In this document: in pieces, positions 1 through 26,640 of the stretch
Position numbering within the stretch: position 1 is the stretch's first letter
How the letters are laid out: the number at the start of each line of letters is the position of its first letter
DNA from: Phoronis australis
Lineage: Eukaryota; Animalia; Phoronida
DNA: 64,000 nucleotides
NCBI GenBank assembly: GCA_002633005.1
Contig: NMRA01000084.1
Span: forward strand, 998,817 to 1,062,816
Direction of reading: 5' to 3'
Made by a program: the position numbers and the translations under genes
The notes under the pieces: generated by a model
What the model was told of the DNA's origin: nothing
Databases searched by the model: none
What the model saw: the letters and a program-made list of their open reading frames with translations, nothing else

Positions 1-189
1 TATCTTCTTGCTTCATTTCACAGTTTTTTAACAAAGAAAAGTCTGTTGTTCACTTGAAAACAATATGCTCAGGATTGATCCAGCAAAAAATGTATGGGAG
101 GAGGGAAGGCACTTTCATTTTTTACCCACCGTCCGTATTTTTCTTTTATTTCTCCAACCCATGACCCATACTTTTTAATTAGATTGAAA

Positions 190-990
190 TATAATATGCA
201 ACACTTATAAACAAATTGCCTTTAGGATAACCTGTTAAGTGCTTAAATGATTGACAGACAAGAACTATCTGTCTTGTCAAATCTTGTCAAAAACTAAAAG
301 CGGCCAAGAGGGTAGACCAATCAGAAGGAAAATTGACATCTTTCAACGCATCTATTCCTGCCATTTATCTTTGTGCCAAATTTCATCCATTTGTGCCTAT
401 TGCTTTTTGAGATAATCAACCTGTCTTGTCAAAAACTAAAATGTCCTGCAGAGGGTGCTATGTACAGTAGACAAATCTGTCCAAAAATTGACTGGTGCCA
501 GTGGCAGTGCATACCAGCCGTCTATCTCTTTGCCAAATGTTATCATGATCCTTTAAGCAGCTTTAAGATATAATTGATGGACAGGCAATAACTTGAGCAG
601 TCGAAAATTAACAGAGGGTGCCACAGTAGTTAAATCCATTCAAAAATTGACTGGTGCGGGCAGATTCTCGCCATATCACCTCGCCCGGTATCGAAAGAAT
701 TTCATGGTGATCCGTCAAGCAGTTTTTGAGATAATCAACGCACAAGGAATGGCTTGTCGAAAACTGAAAACTAAAAGGCCCAACATGGGATACCACGGTA
801 ACCAAATATGTTCGAAAATGAACTGGTGCTGGCGGATATCCGCGCCGATTAGGCTACCTCCACACCAAATTTCATCATGATACGCCAAGCGGCTCTTGAC
901 TTGAGACTTGATTGAGATAATTGATGGACAAGAAATGATATTCACAGACCGACCGGGTAGATACAACAAAATAACGAACGAGTTCAAATT
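190..990 (+). repeat. Degenerate tandemly repetitive interspersed element (HINE/Helentron-like) in GMPPA intron 1
   Basis: Recurring sub-repeats (AAAATTGACTGGTGC, CCAAATTTCATC, GAGATAATTGATGGACA). Same style as the repeats at 14.4-15.8 kb and 19.3-20.1 kb. Boundaries approximate. Confidence 0.5.
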
Positions 991-1001
991 AATGAAGTTA
1001 C

Positions 1002-1044
1002 CCTTCTGTGGTCCACCGATTAGTATAACTGCCTTTAAGACCAT
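1002..1044 (-). CDS. GMPPA: Mannose-1-phosphate guanyltransferase alpha, first coding exon (rest of gene beyond left edge)
   Basis: ATG at 1044 gives MVLKAVILIGGPQK-G followed by a GT donor (G|GTAACT). This matches the conserved GMPPA N-terminus MLKAVILIGGPQKG(TRFRP). Confidence 0.85.
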
Positions 1045-1363
1045 TCTACTCTCTCTATGTCCGCAAAGACGTGGCAAATCCTTCACAGTTTATGACGGTG
1101 TGGTGTTGTTTCTACATCCGGTAAAAGGCAGTAGTTACCGCCATCTGCTGTCGATTTTGAACTGTGGCCGTGTACTCGTGTCGGCGGGAGTCTTCTGCGT
1201 TTAGTGACGACTCGACCCTGGCGCCGACTCCTCGACATACCTCTGTAGTTGGTTTTAGCAGGTCGAAGCGTCCCCATTAAAGGCGTGCTTGTCGATTTTC
1301 ACTTTCTTTTTTAAAATGCAACGTGTTAGTTGAGGTTCAAATTGGGAAACCAGTGATTGTCAG

Positions 1364-2312
1364 CAGTGGTGGATCTAGGATATCACAAGGGGGGCCCAAC
1401 ATTTTGTCCGGCTGTAAGCATTTGCTCAAACCACGATTGTAGATGCGCATAGAACCGAATAGGAGGAAGTTCAGTTTGTCTCCCTCACGCCCAGGAAATG
1501 TTTCTGTTTTTTCCTCTAAAAATCAAGCATTTTCTTTGATTCCTGAAGTATTATCCAATAAAAAAGCAAAAAAAAAAGCGGAGAACGTGTCAAACAGGAA
1601 AAACTGCCAGTATCACAGATTCAACTCACGACGTAGTGGATAGAGCGCGAGTGCTTTACTACTACGCCTCCACGATTTACCTACTAGAGTTAAACTACAG
1701 TGTATAAGAGACCTACTTTTTATGGTCCACAGTGCCGTTTGCGCGCGAAACCTACTTCTTTTTGTAATGCTTATTACACGTTTTATATTTTGTGCAATCG
1801 GTTCTTAAAATTTTTTTTTGTATTTAAAAGTCTTCAAATGCCCAAAAAACCAAATCCGTTTTTCGTGTTGGCAATAATGACGGGATTGCTTTAGAAATCG
1901 TCTTAAGTTAAGGTTTGACAAAGAGTGAATTATGAGTTTCTGAGTGATTCACTAAGGCTTCGATTAAAATTCACATCTTACCAGCAGCTTCTGTTTTTTC
2001 ATCGTCACTCAGGTTCCATTTTCTTTAAAAAATGAAGTAAATTTTGTTCATTGCACAGTGGAGCAGACGACGGAAACGGTCGCCTGGGATATCCTATACT
2101 TAGCCATAGCCTGTTCCGTTACGAATGTACCGTGTTCCGAATTTGACACTTGAAATTGGATCTACCCCCCCCCCCCAAGCACTAAAACTGCACACAATCC
2201 GTATAATTTTAATTACCGGGGTTAATTAATAAACTCAACATTTCCCTACGCTGTTGTTGTTTTATTTTGTGCGGCATCCCCCTGCCCCCCCCCCACCCTA
2301 AATCCGCCTATG
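1364..2312 (+). mobile_element. Non-autonomous TIR element (hAT5-like MITE), copy 1
   Basis: Termini CAGTGGTGGATCTAGG ... CCTAAATCCGCCTATG; flanks GTCAG/GTCAC (5-bp TSD with one mismatch). Its first ~540 bp match the element at 56757-57613 in inverted orientation. Confidence 0.75.
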
Positions 2313-3912
2313 GTCACTATACTGTAACCGGCCAGCTACTCATAACCGGCGTGTCAGTCCGACGCCCTCTTTTATCCTCAGTTTTTGCCTCGACAAGTTT
2401 TAAATAAGAAGAGAATATGTTTTCGACAATTTTTATTGACATATATACGTTTGATACGTTACATATTAAGTTTATTACGTTTCTGTTGGCGATCGAATTC
2501 CTATATGCGTTTTACGATTAGGCCTAATCCACAAACGCTGGGGCCTAAGTTGGGGGCGGCCGTGACTCAGCTCGGCTGAACCTGCCGGGCCAATTTCAGT
2601 TGGCCCGGGAGCCGGGAGTGAGGCGGCCTTACTCGGAGAATCCTATCGAGCTACACGACGAATAACTAAAATGACATGTCTTGCCGGCGAACTCTCTAAT
2701 TGTCTCATATTTATATTGGACTTGATGAAGAAACATTACTAAGTGGCGGCAACGAACTCTTCTAGTTAACTGCTAATTAATAATTAAAAAATCAATGAGA
2801 AATCCTGGCACGCGATTGATTCTTATAGCTTCCGGCCGGGTGACTGATTAACACAAAAATTTCGGAAATACGAGAACCGGCGATTGCAACAGGCCAAACA
2901 AAAATCCGGAACAAAACCGTTGTAATGAGTAGCTGCGTTATTCGGCTTTATTTTACGAAAACTTTTCAGTGAACCTGACGTTTTTCTGCAGGTAAATGTT
3001 ACCGAAGAACAGTGTCTTACACTTTGTACAATGTGGCCCGGACAATTGGAATTTTGCCACTTTGCAGTCAGGAAACAATGGCCAATTAATATTGGCTATC
3101 ACTCAGGGTTTTTTGGAGGAATTATTCATCGATAACTAAACAGGCGACGTAATGTCAATTGGTCCCAAAAAGCTCCTGGAGTAGTATTAAAATTGAGATC
3201 GCAGTATGACATTGAACTGTCACTCAATATAATACGATATGAGACAATTAATCGAGAACTTCGTTGCAGTTTCGTAAGTTGCAATTTCGAGGAAGGACAT
3301 TTTGCACCCAAAATTAGTGTTACTTGCGTTCTCAAACTTAAACAAAGTCTTCGTTTTTGTGTCCCAGGAACTGTAACTTCTAACCATTAGCTTGTGGTAG
3401 ACAAGGTTCTGTTCGACTTAAATATGAAGTGCCTGAGAATGTCAGATTGTCAAATACCATCAAAGTAATCCTGTGCGATAGTTTGAAAGTAACCCCCTGC
3501 CTGGAGCTAAGGTCCCATGATTAGCCATGCACAGAAGGCCTCACTGGCAGTCCTGGCATGAAGTATGATTGGTTCAGCCGATAAGGATTCAATGAGCCCC
3601 TGAAATAATTCTCAGGCCAAGCCCGGAATATGCCGTTGACTGAAGTTGTGTTAACTTGAAGAAAGAATGAATAAACCGAAAGGACGTTCAGTGTCACAAA
3701 ATGCATGCTGAATGGTGTTAACTGAAATCCTAAGCAGATGTCACATTGCGTCCGGAGTATATGCTTCCCGGGTTCTTTGTGTCCTGGTTCTATGACTCGT
3801 TAGCCGGGTTCTGTGTGTCCCGTTTTATGTACGGAAGCGCGTTCTGTGTGTCCCGATTTGCGTTAGTCCAGGCGCTAAGCGCCATTTTAGGCCACATGAC
3901 AACTTTGTGGTG

Positions 3913-4115
3913 CTTTTTATGTGCCCAAATATTATATGTCGTGGACGCATTATTGGCGTCATCCCCGTCCGTCCGGCGTCCGTCCAGCGTCCGCTGCTCT
4001 ATCTCCAGGGCCCGACGCCGGAGTTCGGCCGATGGTCAGTATCAGAGCCGGACGTCACTTATCAATGGCCCCTGAAACTTTGTTCAAGGTTTTTATTTCA
4101 ACAATTTGGTTCCCG
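3913..4115 (-). repeat. HINE/DINE-like element end fragment
   Basis: TTTTTATGTGCCC start, then a (GTCC)n-like microsatellite and a GAAACTTTG...CAATTTGG sub-repeat. Confidence 0.4.
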
Positions 4116-7100
4116 TACTAGATTATTATTACTTTGGCGTTTCAGTGGTTACTGACACTGGTTACATGATTACAGATTTAAACACAAAAGATGACGCTTG
4201 ATAGCGTATGGCGTACTGGCCATTGGAAATTCAAGTAGAGATACACCGGAAAGTGAAACGAAAAGCTGTTTTGTTCTGGGAAAATAAGTGTACTTGTTAC
4301 ACCTCTTAGAAATTGTGACTATCCAACGATAACATGGCATACGGCAAAATCTGTATCACCCAGAATGAGGAGCAGCAATAAAAACTGAATGTTTTTAGAT
4401 GGCGGTGTAGTCGTCAGCCAAGAGATACCAGAGAAACAAGTTTGCAGTAGCACCATTGGCCAAACGATCTCAGGCTACCCCTTCCACTCGCGGAGTGTAA
4501 AAATCGCGTTCAAATGCAGTTAAGTGTGCATGCAAATTTGCACGTGCCAATTTACGCCTGTAAAGTCCTAAGTCCCAGAGTACGTAGATTTTCTCCAAAG
4601 CGTATTTGCGATTCCACAAGAAAAAACGCTGCCATATCTTTCGGTCTCATTAGGCACAGATGAACTGAATTCGAGATTGGATGTGGCAATAGTAAAACTG
4701 CTTTTTATGGAACAACGCTTTGGATCAACCCAAATGGACGAGCACATTCCAATTTGGCGTCGTCAGTGCACGCGACTTTACGCCATCAGGAGACTGAAAA
4801 CCAACCGTGAAATTCGGGTCCTACCGTCAGGTATACGGCCTCTACCGTTGCATGCGGATTCGCTCTGCTTTCCCTTTATTTCGCGGCAAATAACTTGACG
4901 TATACATTACTTGTATTTTCACATATACATGTATGGGATAACTAAACACTCGAGTGTAAAGAGCGTCTTCGTTCGTAGTCGATGACGGCTATGAACTGGA
5001 TTGCGACGGGCGAGTCATTTTAATAGCCGAGCTGTTATCACATGACCAAAAATCATTCATCTCGGTAAGGATCAAGTTAACACCAACAGTAAATCTGTAA
5101 GTCATCCACATCAAAATTTAGTTTCTTCGGCAGAACGCAAGTTTCGGCTTTAAACTAAAATCCCACGGAAATCAAATGATAAATGCAGGTCTCGTACTGA
5201 TCAAAAACAAATAAAAATGTCATCAATGGCACGGCATGGTGATGCAGAACGCATCACGGACCGCCGACTGGAAGGACGGATTTTCAAATAGAGAGGGCGA
5301 AAGGTAATTAGTTCGTGCCCGGTCGGTCTGGCCCTCTTATTTGAAGGTCCTAGTTTTCCTCCCCCACGACAGTCTGTGCGCACTTACGTCGCCAAATTTC
5401 AAAAAAAAATAGAGAAAATATATTAAAGTATAGTTTCTGCAAAATTTAAGGACGAAGAATTTGATTTGTGACTGTTTACCATCCTGCCATTAACGATCGA
5501 GATCACGTGATCACGTCTCTAGTAAAATTTAAGACTAAGAAAAGTAGGTTGATAACAAAACTGTCACTTCACACGTATGTTCAAGATGAAATCTCAAAAA
5601 CGCTGTCACTGCTTTCTAAATTATGATTTCGTTTTCATTTTATGCAAATTTGGATTTTTTCATGAAATCAAAAGTTTTATTTTCACAGCCCCTCATTCAA
5701 AAATGGAATAGCAATTCCAATTTGAAACTTGGAAAACAGTGCATAAAGTCTCATATAAATCCGCCATTTTGAGACATGATTCCGAGGTTAGCCAAATTTG
5801 GACATTTGTCTATGATCCTACATACTGTAATCAATCATGCAGCAACTTAAGTATTCAAAGTAAATTACACATTTTTTGTCTTTTACAAAAAAAAAACGAA
5901 AGCACAGCTGATCAGATGTCTTCTACTTCACCAGAAATTCTCGAAAAGTTTATTCTAGTGTTTCAACTCTCATTTTCTTTTCCAAGGGAGATGCAATATT
6001 TTCAAACCTAGTCAGACAAGACCTCCAATCGATGAAGACGGTGATCGAAACGACAGCCGGCAGAGAAAATGTCAAAAGGACAGAGCTAAAATGCTTTAAA
6101 ATTCTATTTTCCCAATGTGAAAAAGCAAAAAAAAAAACAAAACATTGCATTTCATCCTCACCAAAAGTAAGTGAAACAGTCTTGGTACCACAAAACCTAA
6201 GCACAAAACACATGGCAACATATCCCTAGGTAAAACATTTGTATATTAAATAACACCACCAAAACAAAATAATATAAATAAGTAATAACCCATGAACAGT
6301 AAGAATCTATAAGCTAACACCATAAACAATTAACTTTCAGGTAAACATACGTGACTTTTAGTTTGCAACCAAGGTATGGGGCACATTTACATTTGGGGTG
6401 CTTACCACACCGCAGACACAGCTCAAAAGGGTAATTGCTTTTGTGCCACCTTTTCTATAAATTACCTATTCTTCGAATGAGACATAACAAAAGGATTTCT
6501 GTTCGGAGTTAAACATTATTAATCCCACGCTTTCTGTAATGAAACTTTTCACAACAAAATTGTTCTAAAACAGTTCAACGTAAGAGTTCTGGGCTAAGAA
6601 TTAACAGTTATAGACCTGAAATTTTATAAGACTGGTCTGAAGAAATAACGAAATGTCAATTCTGTCCAGGCCTATCAGAATAACAAACTAAAAAGACCAA
6701 TTTTAAAAAGGGGAGAGCCTAAATGAATACTTGGAGCTCGTTACAGAAAGCACAGGTATGCAGATTTTAAAAATTCTTCTTAAGTATTTCATTTTGCAGT
6801 ATTATATCTAAAAGAAAGTCACTTTTGGGTTATCTTCCTGAGAAAGTTAATCATGTATTGCTTCAGGTCTCAGCAGTATTTCCAGTATTTATTGCTAATG
6901 TAGGTGTTTCAAACCAACTTCCATAAAAAGTGAGTGAAACTAAATGAAGCACTATGACCAGATGTCTTTTGCATTCCAAGTTCCTTCAAGAAGTCACTAA
7001 TGTAATGCTAAGCTACTAAAAAAGCGGGACGCCTCTTTCACCAGCTGCACAACCACCTACACATAATAAACACAAGAATGCTCACAACGTTGGAGATAGA

Positions 7101-10100
7101 AAGGCAATCAATCGTAACCTGATCAACAAATGAAGACCTTCTTTGCTCCAATATAGTGAATGGTTACACATCAAAATTCTCGTTTAGTCTTTCGTAAACT
7201 AGTGGGAATTTTCTCAGAGTTTACAAGCCTGTTACTGAGTAACTCCACTGTATTGTTTATGACCCTAAACCACCTGGCCTTAGATAATTGTCCCAAACAT
7301 CCATAACACCTTATATCCACCCTGGTTACAGGTAAGTATATCCATTTGGCTTTAGGTAACTCTTCGAGGTACACCTGATTTTCAGCACCACGAAGTGAAG
7401 GATTAATTTTCAGGCTCGCTGCTTCTGGACAACAGCCTGCAAGATGGCGCTGCTGTTGGATCATAACTGTTAAAGCTTATGACATGTCTCTAAGATGAAG
7501 AAAACTATAACTTGAATATTAAAATTAAACAGAGCGACAATTAAAAATTGAATTTAAAAGGAGTTAAAAGTTGTTTTGATACCAATGACCAAGACTGTAT
7601 AAGCATATTAAGTAGAAACGTTTGTAAAAAATTTTATCAAAAATTCATCATTTCAAACATTGTTCTTCCTCACAACTTATTGACAGAAACAACAGCAGCC
7701 ATTCACTAGACAAGTGTAATAGTGTAATAGTGCAAACAGATGTCCTGTTGTAACCCCCAAAATTTCAAAAGATGGCAATGCATATGGGTTTAGTAGTAAC
7801 TACAGTATAACACAGTCAATTAAATATTGGAAAATGCTTAATGACTTTGGCTAACATAATGCATTTTGAAAAGTCCTATGCAGCACTAATTTTGTCAATT
7901 CCGAATTTCAAGTTTCAAGGAGGTATAAATCATGTTAGTGATGGTGAATCATTCTGTTGAAGCAATCAAAGATAACATTTTGCTTTAGGACACGTGGTTG
8001 GCATCAAAATATCACAGTTTACGTGGCATGCTCTAACTGCCCTAAGTGTGGCATGTAGCAGAGACTTGCACAGTCTATCAAAATCTTCTGCTCGACAGTG
8101 CGCATAAACTGTCTGGCAGAAATCACCAGATTATTAACTCTCATTATAGTTTTGAATTCTTAAGAAAAACTCACAAGAACTTTCACTGAGGGGTCCACAT
8201 GATCTTAATCAGGTGGTCAGTGTAATGGGTCCAGCCATAGTAGCCTAAGAATGCCACAAAAACATCAGGACACCTGCCACTCACGTTTTAGGTCTCTTGC
8301 TGCAATAATATTGGTGTCCTCCCGTTTCTTGAGAAGCGATTCAAAAGTTCTTTATCCTTTCAGTTTGGACTCATGGGGGGCGTTAGTTTCAATAGCATCA
8401 GTAGTAATGGTCATCACAGGAATCGCGGATGTTTTATTGTAACCAATTTCAAATCAAACCAAGAATAAGAAAGTAATGACATTGATTTAAAAGTGCGAAT
8501 ACCACGAATTTCACCTCGGAAACAACTCCATACGAAGGTCTACACCAACCAACATGCTAACATACAATTTAGCACCCAGAGAGAGATTTGATGAAATAAG
8601 TTCCTGCTATGGTACCATCCCACATACACAGACCATTAAAGTAAAATGAGGGTATGAGGGAATGGACCCACACGATCTCCAGTCCTAGGGTCAGTTGGGG
8701 CAACATTATTTTGTCATTTTTGCTTCCAATTTTAATGGACCTGTTGACCCGAGCTAAGCAATTACAATACGTCAATGAAATTATTTTTGCACCAATGACG
8801 CAGGGCACATAAAATTATCATGCAAATAAATATTAAAACAGTTCAGCCCGAAACAAACTGCACATATTAAATATTATATACTAACAAAAGAATATCGTAG
8901 AAGTAATAAGAAAATCGCATGAGAGCATTTTCGGTGAGGCTTTGGATTCGGAGGCGATGGATAACTGGCACGTGGGAAAGTCAGAAACTCTTCAGTTCTG
9001 GGGCACTGGCATCTGTATCACTATAAGCCCTGAAAGAGATGGCAACTCGTGCATTAGTTTGACGGAACAGAGTCCAGAAAAGCTACACAACTTAAAATTG
9101 CAAAGCGTATTGTGCTGCAGTGAATTTCGGCTGGAGACAAGACTAAATGAGCAGTCTTTTGTTCCAATTAATAGCCGAAACACAAACACAAAAATTAATT
9201 TGAAAATAACCCCAAAGCACTAAAACTGGTGTCTGAATTTCCCTGCAATTGCTAACAACCAAAAGATTTTATGATCAAATAGAGCTTTCACCAGCGACTG
9301 ATGTGAAATGGCTCAATTTTGAAACGGGCCAAGTTGGCAAACAGCCAATTAAATTAATTCATTGCTGCTTGACGCAGGTCTCTTGCATCCTCAACTGCCA
9401 ATGCTTTGAATGACCAATCTAGAGTGAAAGCCATTTTCTATAACGGCATGAAAGGTGTGGGGCACTTTATGTGCGCAAACAACCTCGGTTAGACTTTACA
9501 TTTTAGAGTATGAGAGAGACGAAACACTGAACCATGGTTAGAAATGGACAACAAATTTGCCATGATATTAAAACTGTCACTGAGAGAACAAAGTAATGCA
9601 CTGTTGCCATTTTTATTCCAGAACATACAAAACCTATATTAACATTTTACACACCTTTGTAAGTTCCAGGACACCTTTTTCTGTCTTCCCAACCTACTTG
9701 CTGCTTTGACTGAAAAAGATTTAAAATCCAGCTACATATTTACACAAACAATGCACCACACCATCTATTGAGTATTAAAAACATCACTGATTAGTAGCTG
9801 ATGGTACACCATAACCAAACACAGTAAACCTGCACAATAGATGGCGCACCACATGACCATAGCAGATGCCAATTTAACTCAGGAACATTTCTGCACCAAA
9901 TTGCCAACTGTGTATGATGAGATTTATCGCACCATATTTGTTTCACTAATTCAGCAATTTGAGAAATTTTTCAACCATGCACTCATTCTATAACACCAGA
10001 AGTTCATTGGACAGTGAATTTGTTCACATGCCATAATTTCACCTCCTAGGGATTATGCCAGACTTACAACAGAGCTTACCTGTATGCACACTACCAATAC

Positions 10101-10286
10101 TTAGCAGTAACATTACAATATCGTCCTGCCTGAGCATATCCCATCCGTATGATGAGAGGTATGTTGTGGTACCAAAGAGTTCAAACCTAGTACCCTCCAG
10201 TGGTAAGTTCACGTTCTATGCTATCTACAATGCCCCAAACACCCACGTTTCTGGGGGGGTAGGTACCCATCCACGTAATGTAATGT

Positions 10287-23796
<13,510 letters not shown>

Positions 23797-24264
23797 GTTT
23801 TCATTTAAAATGACGTAATTTGGTTCCATAACGAGGCGACGGGATTCCCCGCTATCTGACAGCTGTTCACTAGTCACCAGATCAATAGCAAAGTCCACAA
23901 GAGCATTCAGTTCTTATTTCTGAGAAAAGACGAGTTCGTTTTTATGCCAGGATATGCACACAGACAGTCTTTTGCTTCCGTTGACTTGTTTTGGCATCAC
24001 TCTTCTTGCTCTCCATCTATGACATCATTTTTTTCTGTAATCCGTTCTGTACGTGAGGAAACCTTTTACTGAGGAAAAAAGTGTTCTGACCTTTTTCTAC
24101 TCATTTTATTGATGGTGGGTTAACAGAGCTCGACACAGTGGGGTGCCTTGGATACTTTAAACCAGGTTTCACTGAACCTGCTCACAGTAAACGAGAGTTT
24201 CAGGGAACGTTGAATGCACCCACAACTGCAATGCAATTCCAGTAGTTCTCCATGATAGCAAGTA

Positions 24265-24800
24265 GCAGCATATATTAATAAAAGCAACTACGGTTTTAAA
24301 TCGACTTGACATGTTTCGGTGCCATATTTTATTCAAACACCATCATCTGATGGTTCAGGGTAGTGTACAAATTTATCCGTACTGGATGTGGCTCCATTTG
24401 AAAAATCAGTACCAGGGAACATCTAAATTCTGACAGAAGTTCACAATCACTGTAAATATTCACCTACAGAGCTCCAATCATTTTTATCAGCAGTGCTCTT
24501 TCAATGACATTGCAATAATAGACCAAGCAAAAACAACAAAGGAGCTTAAAATTCGTGAGGCTCTACACATCAGTTGGTGCAAGCCCAATCTCAACAGGCA
24601 ACTGGCACACCACAGGTTGTCATTGTTGGTCTAGTTTATTGTCACTCCCTGTAACTGACTGTATCTGGGCTTCATCACTTTAATTGTTGCTGGGCCTCGC
24701 TAGGTGGCGACTATGTTCTCTCTTCTGATGATGATGCTTGAATAAATGACACTGAAACATGTCAAGTCGATTTAAAACCATAGTAGTTTTTATTAATTCC
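24265..24800 (+). mobile_element. Penelope-like retroelement remnant: GIY-YIG endonuclease C-terminus flanked by inverted pLTR fragments
   Basis: Degenerate translation of ~24358-24634: VVYKF..GC...REHL...IIDQAKTTKELKIREALHISWCKPNLNRQLAH. Segments ~24275-24352 and ~24725-24797 are inverted copies. Confidence 0.75.
24720..24770 (+). ncRNA. Minimal type-I hammerhead-ribozyme-like motif (degenerate) in Penelope pLTR
   Basis: CTGATGA (24725-31) ... GAAA (24754-57) CATG TC. The inverted copy at 24301-24352 keeps stem II GGTG/CACC but reads CAGATGA. Confidence 0.55.
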
Positions 24801-26199
24801 AGTAGTGTTTTTAATATCGTAAAAATGGCCTTAAACGGCACAGAATACATTGAATCTATCCAAAGCAATTGAGGCGTCGTCTTGGTCTCTAAGAACACTG
24901 TCCGGCAAAATGAAATGAAAATCCACAAAGGAACTCTAAAGATAGATACAGGCGTAACTCACTTTTTAAAAAAAAATCCATTCGGAGGCACAGCAGTGAT
25001 TCAATTGTTGACGAGTTTAAAATACGACTACACACGCCAAATTGTGACCTTGCAAAGGTTTAAGTAGAAATAAATACAGATGTCAACTACAAGAGCAACG
25101 CGGGGCGCCACGATAGCATTGCAAAAGGTGCTTCAATGAGTATTTTTAGAATTGTAAAAATGTCCATTATATGCGGGAGGGGGGGGATCGGGGAGCTCGC
25201 GCGAGCCCCTCCTCTCATTTGGCGAAGTGGGCAAAAAGGTCCGCCTCAGAGAAACAAAAAGTCCGAGGAAAACGACACTAAAGTCCACTACAAATGCAAA
25301 CAGGCAGGAATTCGGCGGGAATGCTCAATTCATAGCTCTGATTGTAGTACCCGTTTATTTTTCTTAGTCCCCTTTTTTAGTAAAAGGTCCACATTCTCAA
25401 AAATTCGAGCCCCCTATATTTTAGGCTGGGTGCGCGCATGGTAATCAACTTCAAAAGAGATAGGTTACTATTCTTGTGATACTATGGGAAACTGCAAAAT
25501 TATCTTATAACTAACCATCGGAAATAGTCCTTTTGTGTAATTCACAAATAGTGGTCTTCATCGTTCTTCAAAATTCCACCCCGGCTTTCAGCGGCGGTCG
25601 AATGTCTTGATACTGCTGTGCTGAGCACGAATGTTTTGTATATTTTTGATGAATTAGGAATCTCAAATTCCCTCGCAAATACTTGGCAGTGTCGGATTTA
25701 CATGTATAGAGGAACAAAGGGACATTTCCCCTGAACTGCTTCACCGACTCGGAGAGAGGAACCCGTCTGAAATGGGAACCTAAGATGAAAGGCTAAACCC
25801 TAATGATTGAAGCTTGGAAAACGAGTGACAGTTTATTCCATCGTCGTGTTGTCTCAAAACGAAGTGACTTTCAACATGCAAGCCGGTTGCACGATTTCAC
25901 AAAAAGCAGCAAAATGGAGTTAATCGATTTCAACATTAGGCCCCGCTCTCTCCGTGTGTGGCCCCTTTAGAATTTGTCAATAAAAACACAAAATGGGTGG
26001 CCACTTGAATATCATGAATGCTCTCCTTCAAGGGCGGGGACCCTAAATATGGAAATATCTATAAAAAATGGTTGCTTTATCTCAAGATCACTTGCATGAA
26101 CTTGGAATAGATATTTATTCCAAGTCCACTTAAAAGATTCCAAGTTCACGTATAACAGAGTAGTTCAGTGTTAAGAGACCGTAGCGTCTTTGCGTTAAA

Positions 26200-26620
26200 T
26201 ACCATTTTTGTCTATAGATGTCGCTGTCAAAACATGGCGGCGCCCATTGGGATTTCGTTTTCAGCCATGTACAGATTGGTTTTGTCAACTTTGCCGGTGT
26301 TACGCGGTGTGTTTCATTTTCATATACTTTTTTACCTATTACCACTTTCACGTCCAGTTAAGTAGCCCTGTGACGCAAAATTGATGTCATGGCAAAGTAT
26401 CACCAAAATTAATCCATGCTCAGTTTGTATTTGGAAATATGCTATTTCATCTCAATTCAACTGGGTATGAAATAGCTGTTAGTCGACGTTTTGTAAGTAT
26501 GTGTACCATCTATATTGAACAATATGTTGTACTAATCATTTATTTGAAATTCAAGTTTGGTTTTGTAGAGATGGGTTGCTCTGAATCTGAGTAATTATTC
26601 AAGATGGCGATTATTCCAAG
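26200..26620 (+). promoter_or_regulatory. Probable HSPBAP1 promoter/5'UTR with YY1-like motifs (divergent from TMEM245)
   Basis: AACATGGCGGC (26231) and CAAGATGGCG (26600); possible UTR intron GTAAGT (26493) ... TTTTGTAG (26568). Confidence 0.35.
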
Positions 26621-26640
26621 ACACGTCTGGAGTTGATTAA

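Noticed and set aside
8975-9090. Candidate final TMEM245 exon on the minus strand (acceptor TCTCTTTCAG near 9030)
   Set aside because: Plausible, but phase and homology cannot be established without transcripts.
2385-9223. Numerous 60-110 aa ORFs in the supplied track
   Set aside because: No recognisable domains or splice structure; consistent with chance ORFs in intergenic, UTR or repeat DNA.
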